From Dehalococcoidia bacterium (GTDB lineage Bacteria; Chloroflexota; Dehalococcoidia; Lucifugimonadales; UBA3495), in assembly GCA_965217175.1 (NCBI GenBank), contig OZ244251.1, forward strand, positions 3,346,686 to 3,410,685: a DNA stretch of 64,000 nt. The letters run 5' to 3'. The notes beneath the pieces were generated by a model that saw only the letters and a list, made by a program, of their open reading frames with translations, did no database searches and had not been told where the DNA came from. The position numbers were made by a program, and so were the translations under genes. Positions 20,044 through 29,639 of the stretch are shown here, piece by piece (within the stretch, counting starts at the first letter, position 1; each line of letters starts with the position of its first letter).

Positions 20044-21201
20044 ATGATGGAAGTAATGCCATTTGAGATCGCCATCGACCAATCCGTTCTCGATGATTTG
20101 CAGGTGCGTCTGAATCAAACGCGATGGCCCGACGAGGTTACCGGTTCAGCGTGGGGCTACGGCAGCAATCTCGACTACATGAAAGAACTGGTGGAATACT
20201 GGCGCACCAATTTCGACTGGCGCGCACAGGAGGAGAAACTCAACGCCTTCCACCACTTCAAAAGCAAGGTCGACGGTCTGGACATCCATTTCATTCACGA
20301 ACGCGGCGTCGGACCCAGTCCGATGCCTCTGGTTATAACCCACGGTTGGCCCAGCTGTTTCTTCGAGATGACCAAAATAATACCGCTGCTGGCCGACCCG
20401 GCCAGCCACGGCGGTGACGCGGCAGACGCCTTCGACGTGGTCGCCCCGTCCCTGCCAGGCTTCGGTTTCTCCCAGGCGTCCAACGACCCCGGTATGCAGG
20501 TTCAGAAGGTCGCCGACATGTGGGCGACACTGATGACCGAAAACCTGGGTTATCCTAAATTCTCGGCGCAGGGTGGCGACATAGGCTCTGGAGTGACCTC
20601 GCGCCTCGGATATTCGCACCATGAGAAAATGTATGGCGTCCACCTTACGTCCGTTACCCGGCCCACTCCGTATCTGGGACCTGGTTCCCGACCGCTCACC
20701 GAGGCTGAAGACGCCCTCGTAACGCAACGGGACAGATGGTTCCTTGACGAGGGCGGTTACAACCACATCCAGGGCACAAAACCTCAAACCTTGTCCTACG
20801 GCCTCAATGATTCGCCCGCCGGTCTGGCCGCCTGGATCATCGAGAAATATCGCACCTGGAGCGACTGCCACGGCGACATTGAAAGCCGCTACACCAAGGA
20901 CGAGCTACTCACCATAGTTACGATTTACTGGGTAACCAACTCCATCGGATCATCGGTGCGCATGTACAAGGAAAACCAGAGTTCGCTGTGGACGATGGCC
21001 GAAAATGAAAAGGTGCCGGCTCCCGCTGGAATGGCCATGTTCCCCCAGGAAATCTCCAGGCCACCACGAGAATGGGCTGAGCGTTCCTACGACGTACGTC
21101 GCTGGCAGGAGATGCCTCGGGGCGGCCACTTTGCGGCTCTGGAGGAACCCCAACTGTTGGCCCACGAGGTTCGCGAGTTTTTCCGTCCACTTCGCGATTG
21201 A
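20044..21201 (+). CDS. epoxide hydrolase (N-terminal EHN domain + alpha/beta hydrolase fold)
   Basis: FEIAIDQSVLDDLQVRLNQTRWPDE...YWRTNFDWRAQEEKLNAFHHFKSKVDGLDIHFIHERG...ITHGWPSCFFEM. AGGAG RBS. Confidence 0.9.
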   Translation: MMEVMPFEIAIDQSVLDDLQVRLNQTRWPDEVTGSAWGYGSNLDYMKELVEYWRTNFDWRAQEEKLNAFHHFKSKVDGLDIHFIHERGVGPSPMPLVITHGWPSCFFEMTKIIPLLADPASHGGDAADAFDVVAPSLPGFGFSQASNDPGMQVQKVADMWATLMTENLGYPKFSAQGGDIGSGVTSRLGYSHHEKMYGVHLTSVTRPTPYLGPGSRPLTEAEDALVTQRDRWFLDEGGYNHIQGTKPQTLSYGLNDSPAGLAAWIIEKYRTWSDCHGDIESRYTKDELLTIVTIYWVTNSIGSSVRMYKENQSSLWTMAENEKVPAPAGMAMFPQEISRPPREWAERSYDVRRWQEMPRGGHFAALEEPQLLAHEVREFFRPLRD

Positions 21202-21285
21202 TGCTGGCGCAAACGCCGCCGCCGGTACGATCGCCTCGTTGATGCCGGTTGGCCTCACCTTGTAATTCCTGGACCGACAACGACT

Positions 21286-21705
21286 GTGAATGACCAGTTT
21301 TTCACAGCAGTCAAACGCAGCGGGCCATCCGGCGTGGCAGCGTGGGTATCCCATGTTCTGGCCTGGGTCGCTGGAATTTTCCTCCTGATCTTGCCGGTGA
21401 ACATACAAGGATTGGTTCCGATCCAGGTCATCCAACGATTAGTGCCGGTCCAGGCAAACGGCCCTTGGGATCTCCTGTTCTTTCCCATTCCAGTCATTTT
21501 GACCGGCGCCGTCCTGGTCGCCATATTCTGCGTGGAAACCGGGAATCCCATTCGCTCATTGTTGTTCTTGCCATCGTTATCGTTCATCTTAATGATCGCC
21601 CTGGTGTCGATCCCGACCATTGGCCCTCTTTATGTTCCGACCGCCGTCACCATGCTGGCCGCGGCTATCCTGGACCAGGATGTCTCGAGCCGTATCGGTG
21701 GTTGA
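21286..21705 (+). CDS. hypothetical integral membrane protein (about 4 TM helices)
   Basis: GTG-initiated 139-aa ORF with four hydrophobic stretches. No family recognised. Start uncertain. Confidence 0.45.
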   Translation: MNDQFFTAVKRSGPSGVAAWVSHVLAWVAGIFLLILPVNIQGLVPIQVIQRLVPVQANGPWDLLFFPIPVILTGAVLVAIFCVETGNPIRSLLFLPSLSFILMIALVSIPTIGPLYVPTAVTMLAAAILDQDVSSRIGG

Positions 21706-21763
21706 CGCACCTGCCCTCCTCTGCACCAACGCCTGCACCAACCCCAGGCCCCGGGAATTGAGC

Positions 21764-22786
21764 CTACACGGGTGCAGCCACCCCGGAGCCGGCAAACAGG
21801 GTGCGCGCCACCCGGTCCACAAAATTCTGCCCCATCACTTTGTACCCCTCACCATCCGGGTGCAGGTCGTCCGGGAGCAGGTGTACCAGGTCTGAACCGA
21901 ATAGTTCCTGACCGTCTACGTAGTGGAGGTTTTTGTCGCCCAGGCTCTTCATGGCTTCCACCGCTTCGGCAACCTCGGCGCGCATCGCCGCAAGAGTGAA
22001 ACCAGCCGGGTTCTCCGTCGTTTCGCGAGGCGGGGAGAAGATTGGAGAGATGACCGCGATGGGTGTGTCGGGGTGTTTTTCCCGTACGATATGTACGAAC
22101 CCAATAACCGCCGGCATGAAGGTTCTGGAATTCATGCTGCCTGCGTTATAGACGTTTATCCCCAGCTTCATAGAGATGTAGTCGGCAGGCAACTCCCGGA
22201 TCATGCGCGCGATCATCGGCTCCAGGTGGCAGCCGCCTCCGTAGCCCAGGCAGGTCAGATTCAGGCCGTGCTGCCGGGCGGCAATCGCAGGCCAGGTCTG
22301 GCTCGGGCTCTCCGCCGTCCGGCAATGCGTTATGGAACTCCCGTAGGTTATCCAGCGCGGACGATCGTCCTCAAAATTTTCCAGCGTTGCGCCGTCGGAT
22401 AATTCCAGGCCACGCAGTCTGAACTCACCGTGCTGCGGTAGCCACAGCTCGATCAGTTTTCTGCTGCCAGGCAGACCGACAAAACGAAAATTGGCCTTGC
22501 CTTCCAGCCACGCCGAGCCGAAGAATCGACCATCGCAATAGAGATCTATCGGGCTCGATTCCTCAGCCGGCTCAACTGAACCTCCCAGAACCTCGGTGTC
22601 GCTGTAGAACGAGATGCGAATTCCAGCCGGCATCGCCGTCCGTTCTCGCAATGCGTCGGGCGGGAACAGAGACCGCTCGTCGTAAGGGATGCGCCACGGC
22701 ATTACCCATTGGTCGTTGCGGTCAAAAGAAATAGCTCCCTGCCAGGTCAAACCCGGATGGTCGCCCTGAATCAGTTGAGGCATCAT
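21764..22786 (-). CDS. SGNH/GDSL-family hydrolase with an N-terminal beta-sandwich-like domain
   Basis: Block I: ITYGSSITH (nucleophile Ser). Block III: GINVYN. Block V: DDLHPDGEGY (Asp/His). Start at ATGATG 22786 with AGGAGC RBS. Confidence 0.8.
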   Translation of the reverse strand: MMPQLIQGDHPGLTWQGAISFDRNDQWVMPWRIPYDERSLFPPDALRERTAMPAGIRISFYSDTEVLGGSVEPAEESSPIDLYCDGRFFGSAWLEGKANFRFVGLPGSRKLIELWLPQHGEFRLRGLELSDGATLENFEDDRPRWITYGSSITHCRTAESPSQTWPAIAARQHGLNLTCLGYGGGCHLEPMIARMIRELPADYISMKLGINVYNAGSMNSRTFMPAVIGFVHIVREKHPDTPIAVISPIFSPPRETTENPAGFTLAAMRAEVAEAVEAMKSLGDKNLHYVDGQELFGSDLVHLLPDDLHPDGEGYKVMGQNFVDRVARTLFAGSGVAAPV

Positions 22787-23074
22787 TGTGCTCCTGTTGG
22801 GTTGGTTTCGCGTCGGTGGGTTGGTTCGCATCCTCGCAGGATGTGTTCGCCAGTGTTACGCCATAACCGAGTCCAGGGCGCGGCCCGGTACCCGCTCCAC
22901 CGGCATCAGGATATCATCGCTGGAATTGTTCTATTCCTTGGCGTATCATTGCGAAAATCTGGCTGAAAAAGGTCGCGACGCGCTGGTACGCGCCATTGTG
23001 ACGCCCGCCATGCGACCGTGCAACTGCGATGCCGCCGACTTAAAAGTGGGCATCCTGGATCAAGAGGGAATGTT

Positions 23075-24622
23075 GTGAAGTACGATGTAATCGTGATCGG
23101 GGCCGGGTCTGCCGGTTCTATCGTCGCCACCAGAATGAGCGAGGACCCCAACCGCTCGGTGCTCCTGTTAGAGGCCGGCCCAGACTACCCTAACTTCGAC
23201 CATCTGCCCGATGAGGTCAAGTTTGGGTACGCCACCACCACGGACGTAATGACCAGCGACCACAACTGGCAGTTCACCGGTCGCGGCACCGACCAGAACC
23301 CGGAGATTATGGTGCCGCGGGGACGGGTGACCGGCGGGTCAAGCGCCATCAACGGCCAGATGTTCCTGCGCGGTGTGCCCGAGGACTACGATACCTGGGC
23401 CGCCATGGGCAACGACCAATGGAGTTTTCAAAACCTGCTGGGTTCATTCAGGAGGCTGGAAACTGATACCGACTTCAGTGATGATTTCCATGGGAACGAC
23501 GGCCCAATAATCGCCCGCCGCTTCAAGCCGGAAGACTGGCTGCCCGCCCAATCGGCGTTTTATAGCGCCTGCAAAGCCTACGGCTTCCCCGACAGCCCAG
23601 ACCACAACAGCCCCGATGCCTCGGGCATAGGCCCCACGCCGTTCAACAATCCCAACGGCATCCGATGGAGCACCGCGTTGGGGTATCTGGACCCGGCCCG
23701 GCACCGCCTGAATCTCACGATTCGGCCCAACTGCACCGTTCACCGCATAATGATTGAAGGCAACCGGGCGATCGGGGCGGTGGTGGAAAGCGGGGGCGAT
23801 ATTTTCACCGTCGAAGGCGACCAGATTATTCTCAGCGGAGGAGCCATCGCGTCCCCGCAACTGCTCATGCTTTCGGGAGTAGGTCCGGCTGATCACCTCC
23901 GCAGCCACGGTATCCCGGTGGTGAACGATCTTCCCGGCGTGGGACAGAACCTGCGCGACCATCCCATCGTACCGGTAACCTGGCGAACTAAACCTGGATT
24001 CAACCTGGACGGCCTCTCTCCCCGCAGCCAGCTGTGTTTGCGTTACACCGCGGAAGGTTCTCACCTCCGCAACGACATGATCATGATCTTCTCCTCCTAC
24101 GCCACTGCACAGGTGATGCGCGGCGGTAATCGCATGGAACCCCTGGGCATTAGAGCTTCGGTTTCCATCTACCTGGCTGTCGGCGCCGGCCAACTGCGTC
24201 TGAACTCCACCGACCCCAACCAGCAGCCTTTCCTGGACTACAACTACCTGCAGGAAGAATTCGATCGGAAACGATTGCGTGACGGTGTCAGAATAGCCGC
24301 ACAGCTGGGCGAGCATGGAGATTTCAGCGACATAATCGAAGAACGCACCGAACCCCTCGATTCCGACCTGGCCACCGACGACGCCCTCGATGACTGGTTG
24401 ATGCGTGTGGTGTCCACGGCGCAGCACATTTCCTGCACCTGCAAAATGGGTCCATCGTCCGATCCCATGGCGGTGGTTGACCAGTTTGGCAAGGTCCACG
24501 GACTGGACGGTATCCGCGTCGTCGATGCATCCATCATGCCCGACTGCATCCGGGCCAACACCAACGTCACCACCATGATGATCGGCGAACGGGTCTCCGA
24601 ATTCATGCTGCAAGGCAGCTAG
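23075..24622 (+). CDS. GMC-family FAD-dependent oxidoreductase (choline dehydrogenase-like), paralogue 1
   Basis: KYDVIVIGAGSAGSIVATRMSEDPNRSVLLLEAGP (Rossmann), GGSSAINGQMF, GAIASPQLLMLSGVGP, and C-terminal HISCTCKMG...VVDASIMP. GTG start at 23075 behind AGAGGGA, giving a length matching paralogue 2. Confidence 0.9.
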   Translation: MKYDVIVIGAGSAGSIVATRMSEDPNRSVLLLEAGPDYPNFDHLPDEVKFGYATTTDVMTSDHNWQFTGRGTDQNPEIMVPRGRVTGGSSAINGQMFLRGVPEDYDTWAAMGNDQWSFQNLLGSFRRLETDTDFSDDFHGNDGPIIARRFKPEDWLPAQSAFYSACKAYGFPDSPDHNSPDASGIGPTPFNNPNGIRWSTALGYLDPARHRLNLTIRPNCTVHRIMIEGNRAIGAVVESGGDIFTVEGDQIILSGGAIASPQLLMLSGVGPADHLRSHGIPVVNDLPGVGQNLRDHPIVPVTWRTKPGFNLDGLSPRSQLCLRYTAEGSHLRNDMIMIFSSYATAQVMRGGNRMEPLGIRASVSIYLAVGAGQLRLNSTDPNQQPFLDYNYLQEEFDRKRLRDGVRIAAQLGEHGDFSDIIEERTEPLDSDLATDDALDDWLMRVVSTAQHISCTCKMGPSSDPMAVVDQFGKVHGLDGIRVVDASIMPDCIRANTNVTTMMIGERVSEFMLQGS

Positions 24623-24819
24623 CGCTCCCCATCACATCGCGGCCACCGGTCACGCGCCGGCGTTAACAAGGCCAATCCCGGCCCCGGTGGCCCGCCTGTG
24701 CATCGGCCAGCTCTTTTCGTTTACTGGTCGGAACTACTTGAGGCCGCCTTTACCGGACGCCAACCGGAAATCCCCTAAACAGCTGGTTCGGGGGTACCTT
24801 GCGCGGCGAATCAGAGCCG

Positions 24820-26526
24820 TTACTGACCAATCACGTTGAGCAATGCCTGTCGGTTGTCGTTGCGCACCGCCCGGAGTCCCCGCTGCAGTGCCGCCGGAAC
24901 GTCGGCCGGATCGTCCACCCGCTCCCCATACCCACCGGCAGCCTGGCATATAAGCTCGTACCGGAATGATTGGGAAAGGGTGGTGACGGCAAAGTTGTTG
25001 GTTTGCACCGCAACCCCGTCGCTATAGTTCACTTTGGTGGCATTCTGCACGGCGTTCCAGATACCGTTGTTCCACACGATGGTCAGAACCGGCAGATTCT
25101 GAGCTTCGGCCACGATATGTCCAGCAGTGCCCGATCCGAATATATAGGAACCATCTCCAACGCAACAGATAACGGTTTTGGAAGGATCGGCAAGTTTGGC
25201 TCCCAACGATGCGCCCACACCCCAACCCAGCGCGCCAGACGGAGGAGTGCCAAAGAACCCGCCCGGTTGCCTGATTTCCAGTTGCGCCACATCAATACCC
25301 AGTTCGTTGATCAGGATGGAGTCGTCGTCCAGCACATCATTCAGGCATTTGGTGAACCAGGCTTTGCTGATGGGATGCTCGTCCTTGCTGGACAGGGCAC
25401 GTTGCCGCAAAGTTTCACGGCGCTGGATACCGGCATCAGTCCAGTATGCCGTGCGCGAATCAACCGCCCGCGAGTCGACGCCCGCCTTTCTGACCGCGGC
25501 CGACAGTGATTGCAATATCAACCAGGGACTTCCCGCGAGGTTCACGTCCACCGGGAATCCGCGGATCGGATAGTTGGAAAATAGAGGATCGGCGCCGATG
25601 GCGATCACCCGGGCATCGGTCAGTTTCCCGGCGCGCCGGGGGATCCACGGCACGTCCGCTTCCACCACCACAACCACGTCGGCATCGGCCAGCGCTGGCC
25701 CAATCTCTCCTCCGGCATACAGGGGGTGGCCCATGGGAAAGTTGGCATAAAGCGCCCCCGAATCGAACACCGGTATCCCTAGCAGCTCAGCAAGTTCCAC
25801 CAGATGAGACACCGTCCGGGGGTCTTTGCCGGCTCCCCTGGTTGCCAGGATCGGGGCGCGGGCGCTCGCCATAATACCTGCCGCTTCTGCGATAGCCTCC
25901 GGTGTGGGCAAGCGGTTGCGGGTGGGCTGTTGCCGGGAAGTATCGTTATAGGAAATGCCCTCCAACGTCTCCGCCAAAACCTCGCGGGGCAACGTCAGAT
26001 ACACCGGGCCGGCGGGCTCCGACTCCGAGATGGCCAACGCTCGATCCACCACCCCTTCCACGTCTGCGCCATGCCGGAGTTCGTAGTCCCATTTAACCCA
26101 CTCCCGAACCATGGACGCCTGATCAAAGGATTCCTGGGCCCAATGAATACTGCCGTCCCGAGACCCCGGAGCGTCCCCTTCTGCGATCGGCGTCCTACCG
26201 GCGCTGAACAGCATCGGTATGTTGGACCGGAAAGCGTTCACGACCCCACCAATTGCGTTAGCAGTTCCCGGAACAGTGTGTACCATGACCACCTGCGGCC
26301 GTCCGGTGACCATGGTGTAGCCGTGAGCCATGCCCACGGCTGTAACTTCATGGGGTACGGTTATGGGCCTGGGCAGCGGCTGTTCCTGGGACATCCGTTT
26401 AGCGTACGCCTCGATGATGGGGGCAAAATCGGTGCCGCCGTTGCCAAAGAAATATTCAATGCCACGGGCGGCCAGCAATTCAAGATAGGCTTCCGCCACG
26501 CTGCTTACACTAGCGCTGATTGTCAT
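24820..26526 (-). CDS. thiamine-pyrophosphate-binding enzyme (acetolactate synthase large-subunit superfamily; substrate unknown)
   Basis: N-terminal TPP-pyrimidine domain (GIEYFFGNGGTDFAPIIEAY...GTANAIGGVVNAFRSNIPML), central domain, and C-terminal TPP-diphosphate motif (VGDGSYIFG...NNGIWNAV). Confidence 0.85.
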   Translation of the reverse strand: MTISASVSSVAEAYLELLAARGIEYFFGNGGTDFAPIIEAYAKRMSQEQPLPRPITVPHEVTAVGMAHGYTMVTGRPQVVMVHTVPGTANAIGGVVNAFRSNIPMLFSAGRTPIAEGDAPGSRDGSIHWAQESFDQASMVREWVKWDYELRHGADVEGVVDRALAISESEPAGPVYLTLPREVLAETLEGISYNDTSRQQPTRNRLPTPEAIAEAAGIMASARAPILATRGAGKDPRTVSHLVELAELLGIPVFDSGALYANFPMGHPLYAGGEIGPALADADVVVVVEADVPWIPRRAGKLTDARVIAIGADPLFSNYPIRGFPVDVNLAGSPWLILQSLSAAVRKAGVDSRAVDSRTAYWTDAGIQRRETLRQRALSSKDEHPISKAWFTKCLNDVLDDDSILINELGIDVAQLEIRQPGGFFGTPPSGALGWGVGASLGAKLADPSKTVICCVGDGSYIFGSGTAGHIVAEAQNLPVLTIVWNNGIWNAVQNATKVNYSDGVAVQTNNFAVTTLSQSFRYELICQAAGGYGERVDDPADVPAALQRGLRAVRNDNRQALLNVIGQ

Positions 26527-26628
26527 ATTTTCTCCCGACCCCCTGCATATCTTCCAAGTCCATCCCTGGCGGCTTGCTGTTGATTCCGAAGAGTACGCAA
26601 CGCGTGTTGCAACGCTGTAGCGGAGCCG

Positions 26629-27672
26629 TCATACGAAATTCGGAATCACACGTTCGTTGATGAGGCGCAGGCATTTCAGCTGCAGTTCCTCAGGTATTCG
26701 GCGACCGAAGTTAATCTCATATACGATTTGGGACAGATGCAAATCCTCAATCAGTTCTTGCAGCCGGTCGGTTACGGCTTCCGGAGTGCCGTAAACCACC
26801 TTATCCCTAAGCCAGTCATCGTAGGTCATGCCCCCGATGCGGTCGGCTTCAGCACGCCAATCGCCGGTCGTACCCGCTCGGTCTGCGCTGCCGGCGACCC
26901 TGGTGCTCAACCCCTGCATCGAGGCCACGGTGCTATCCATGGGGTCTTCATAGGCTTCCCGTGCGGTTTCAGCCACGTACAACGGTACCCGTAGACCCAC
27001 CTGCCCTTCGCCCTCGTGGCCGGCGTCCTTCCACGCCGTTCGGTAGCTTTCGATGTTCGGCGCCAACTCCGCCAGGGCGAACACTCGGGACGGATTGATG
27101 AAAATCGGGAATCCCATACGCCCTACAATGGGAAACGTTTCCGCCGACGTAATTCCCACTCGAATGGGTGGATGCGGCGACTGGAACGGCTTCGGCTTGA
27201 TGTTCAATTCGTGGCATTGATAGTGCTCTCCATCAAAGGAAACCTTCTCGTCCGTCCATGCTTTCAGGATGATTTCCAGATACTCTTCAAACCTGCCCCG
27301 ACTCTCGGGATACGGTGAGATGAAAGCATCGTGATGATCGGGAAACGTGCCACGGCCAATCCCAAAATCAATCCTGCCCTGGCTGATGTGATCGAGCGTT
27401 GCAACCTCTTCGGCCACTCGCACCGGATTACTCAGTGGCAACAGCAGCACGCCAAATCCGATCCTCATCTTGCTGGTGCGGGCCGCCACCGCCGTGGCCA
27501 CCGTAATGGGCGCAGACAGGACGCTGAACGGCGAGAAGTGATACTCGGCCAACCAGACTGAATCCACCCCCATGCTTTCGGCTTCGTCCACCAGGGCGAA
27601 ACCTTGAGAAAAGGTATCGCGGTCGGTGGTGCCTTCGGGGGCGGCGAATTCGACGAACAATCCAAAATCCAT
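26629..27672 (-). CDS. LLM-class flavin-dependent oxidoreductase
   Basis: MDFGLFVEF...MGVDSVWLAEYHFSPFSVLSAPITVATAVAARTSKMRIGFGVLLLPLSNPVRVAEEVATLDHISQGRIDFGIGRG. Confidence 0.9.
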   Translation of the reverse strand: MDFGLFVEFAAPEGTTDRDTFSQGFALVDEAESMGVDSVWLAEYHFSPFSVLSAPITVATAVAARTSKMRIGFGVLLLPLSNPVRVAEEVATLDHISQGRIDFGIGRGTFPDHHDAFISPYPESRGRFEEYLEIILKAWTDEKVSFDGEHYQCHELNIKPKPFQSPHPPIRVGITSAETFPIVGRMGFPIFINPSRVFALAELAPNIESYRTAWKDAGHEGEGQVGLRVPLYVAETAREAYEDPMDSTVASMQGLSTRVAGSADRAGTTGDWRAEADRIGGMTYDDWLRDKVVYGTPEAVTDRLQELIEDLHLSQIVYEINFGRRIPEELQLKCLRLINERVIPNFV

Positions 27673-27678
27673 GATGCC

Positions 27679-28791
27679 TTACCCTCCCCATACCTCGCGG
27701 CTGATGCTGGCCACCAGTTCCAGCTTGCGCCATTGTTCCTCTTCAGTCAGCAGATTGCCGGCGACGGTGGACGCGAAACCGCATTGTGGACTGAGCGCCA
27801 ATCTTTCCAGCGGGACATACGCAGTTGATTCCTCGATCCGTTCCAGGACGTAATCCCGAGATTCCAGGGTTGAATCTTTGCTGCTGATCAGTCCAAGAAC
27901 CACCATTTTGTCCTCGGGGACGTGCCGCAGTGGTTCAAAGGTACCGGCGCGTTCGGTGTCATATTCCAGGAGAAACCTGTCGACGGGCAACGTCCCGAAC
28001 AACTTTGCGGCAATGGCCTCGTAGCCGCCTTCCGCGTACCATTTGCTCTGGTTGTTTCCCCGGCAAATGTGCAGCGCCACCGTGGCGCCGGGCCGTTGCG
28101 CTCCCTCCAGGCAGTAGGTGTCCGCCGCCACTGCTTCCTCGAACATCTGGTCCGGGTCTTCCCCCAGTTCCCGCAAATGCTCCCGCCATTTTGCGTCCAC
28201 GTAATAGCTGTAGCGGGGTGCGTCGATCTGGACGTATGGCACGCCCGATTCCAGCAGAGCCGATATCTCGGCTTTGATGATCTCAGCGATGTCCCAGAGC
28301 AGGTCCGACCGCGTTGGATAGTATCGATCGGTCAGGCCCGGCTGGAAGCTGATGGCCGGATACTGGCTGGGGCTGGGCACGGTTATCTTGAATGGCCCCG
28401 GCGCGTAGGCGTTCATGAACGTTGCCTGGTACTGGGTCAACCTGCGCAGTTGTCGCAGCTTTCCACCCACCACCTGCCGCGTGCCCTGTTCGTGCGGTTC
28501 ACCTCCCGGGCCCTGCCACACGCGAACCACCGCGGGATCGTTGGTCTCAACGTAGCCTTCCACCGCCTCAATCAGGTCGTTTTGAAACCCGGAGCGCCGA
28601 AATTCACCGTCGGTGTAGATCTCCACTCCGGCTGCCTGCTGACGTTCCAGGACGTGCAGGATCGCCGCGTCTTCGATAGCCCGCAGCTGGTGCAGTTCGA
28701 GCATACCTTCGCGGCAGTTCGCCCTGGCCTGGTGCAAATCGGCGGGACGCAACAAACTCCCTACGTGATCGGCGCGGTAAACTTCCGGCAT
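27679..28791 (-). CDS. cobalamin-independent methionine synthase (MetE C-terminal domain)-like protein
   Basis: RADHVGSLLRP..L...R....G.....L..IED.AI..V...Q...G....TDGEFRR pattern and the C-terminal LSPQCGFAS Zn-ligand region. 6-nt gap to the downstream LLM gene. Confidence 0.8.
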   Translation of the reverse strand: MPEVYRADHVGSLLRPADLHQARANCREGMLELHQLRAIEDAAILHVLERQQAAGVEIYTDGEFRRSGFQNDLIEAVEGYVETNDPAVVRVWQGPGGEPHEQGTRQVVGGKLRQLRRLTQYQATFMNAYAPGPFKITVPSPSQYPAISFQPGLTDRYYPTRSDLLWDIAEIIKAEISALLESGVPYVQIDAPRYSYYVDAKWREHLRELGEDPDQMFEEAVAADTYCLEGAQRPGATVALHICRGNNQSKWYAEGGYEAIAAKLFGTLPVDRFLLEYDTERAGTFEPLRHVPEDKMVVLGLISSKDSTLESRDYVLERIEESTAYVPLERLALSPQCGFASTVAGNLLTEEEQWRKLELVASISREVWGG

Positions 28792-28872
28792 GATTCTGCT
28801 TCCCTCCGACTGTTGGCGCTACCCCGGACGCTCTTTCAACTGCCATACCGTTACGGCCCGGCAGCCGAACGG

Positions 28873-29517
28873 CTAATCGAGAGATGGATACGAATCTCCC
28901 CATTTGTCCAGATAGACGAAGTCGCCAAGAGCTCCCCGCCGTACCGGTCCGAAATTACCCATGGGATACCCAATCGGGAGGATCGCATAGGAGTGTACGC
29001 CCGGCGGCAGCCCCAGAATTGCCTCCACTTCCTTTTCGTGGATCAGGTGCCGCGACGTCAGTGTGGAGCCCAACCCCAATGCGCGCGCCGCCAGCAGCAT
29101 GTTTTGCACCGCTGGATAGATCGAGGCCCCCGCCGACCGGTTGGGGGTACCGCTGCCGTGGTCCTGGCAAGCCACGATCCATACCGGCGCCTCGTGGTAG
29201 TGGTCGGTCAGATATTCCACCGCATCGTGCTGGCGGCGGTAACGGCTGGGACTGGAACCCGGTGGCGGATCGCTGCCGCGGTAGCGCGGCCCCACGACTT
29301 CGTCAAAAGCTTTTTTGTACCATTGCTGGACCTGTGCCTTGATGTTTTTATCCTTGATCACCAGGAACCGCCACGGCTGATTGTTGCCTCCGTTAGCGGC
29401 GCACACGCCCGCCTCCAGAATCTGCCGGATCAATTCGTCAGGCACCGGGTCGGGCTTGAGCCTTCGCATCGCCCGCGTAGTGCGCATGATATGGAATAAT
29501 TCCGTGCTTTCGGTCAT
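28873..29517 (-). CDS. nitroreductase-family (FMN) protein
   Basis: RTTRAMRRLKPDPVPDELIRQILEAGVCAANGGNNQPWRFLVIKD is the classical nitroreductase N-terminal signature. Confidence 0.85.
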   Translation of the reverse strand: MTESTELFHIMRTTRAMRRLKPDPVPDELIRQILEAGVCAANGGNNQPWRFLVIKDKNIKAQVQQWYKKAFDEVVGPRYRGSDPPPGSSPSRYRRQHDAVEYLTDHYHEAPVWIVACQDHGSGTPNRSAGASIYPAVQNMLLAARALGLGSTLTSRHLIHEKEVEAILGLPPGVHSYAILPIGYPMGNFGPVRRGALGDFVYLDKWGDSYPSLD

Positions 29518-29639
29518 CGTTTCCTCCCAATCTGATGATTTTATGCCGTGTCGGGCACGTCACGCCTGTCATTCTGGCTGGCGGCGGGGTCCCGTCGCCG
29601 ATGCACAAGTAAGTTCAGGATTGCTGCCAGGCATCGGAC

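Noticed and set aside
21199-21288. In-frame TGA between the epoxide hydrolase and the downstream membrane-protein ORF (no stop between them), as a possible second read-through or Sec site
   Set aside because: The epoxide hydrolase ends at its natural family C-terminus. The 28 intervening codons are Arg-rich junk, the stop sits at no redox motif, and I see no hairpin. Open frames this short are expected by chance in GC-rich DNA.
22930-22950. A fourth repeat copy (TATCATTGCGAAAATC)
   Set aside because: Only an 8-9 nt match (CATTGCGA) with no flanking similarity, which is probably chance.
28792-28872. Cobalamin riboswitch upstream of the MetE-like gene
   Set aside because: The gap is only 81 nt, too short for a B12 element, and I saw no B12-box-like sequence.
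27922-29499. 525-aa ORF on the plus strand
   Set aside because: It is antisense to the MetE-like and nitroreductase genes, which have clear family motifs. The composition is low-complexity and Arg/Pro-rich.
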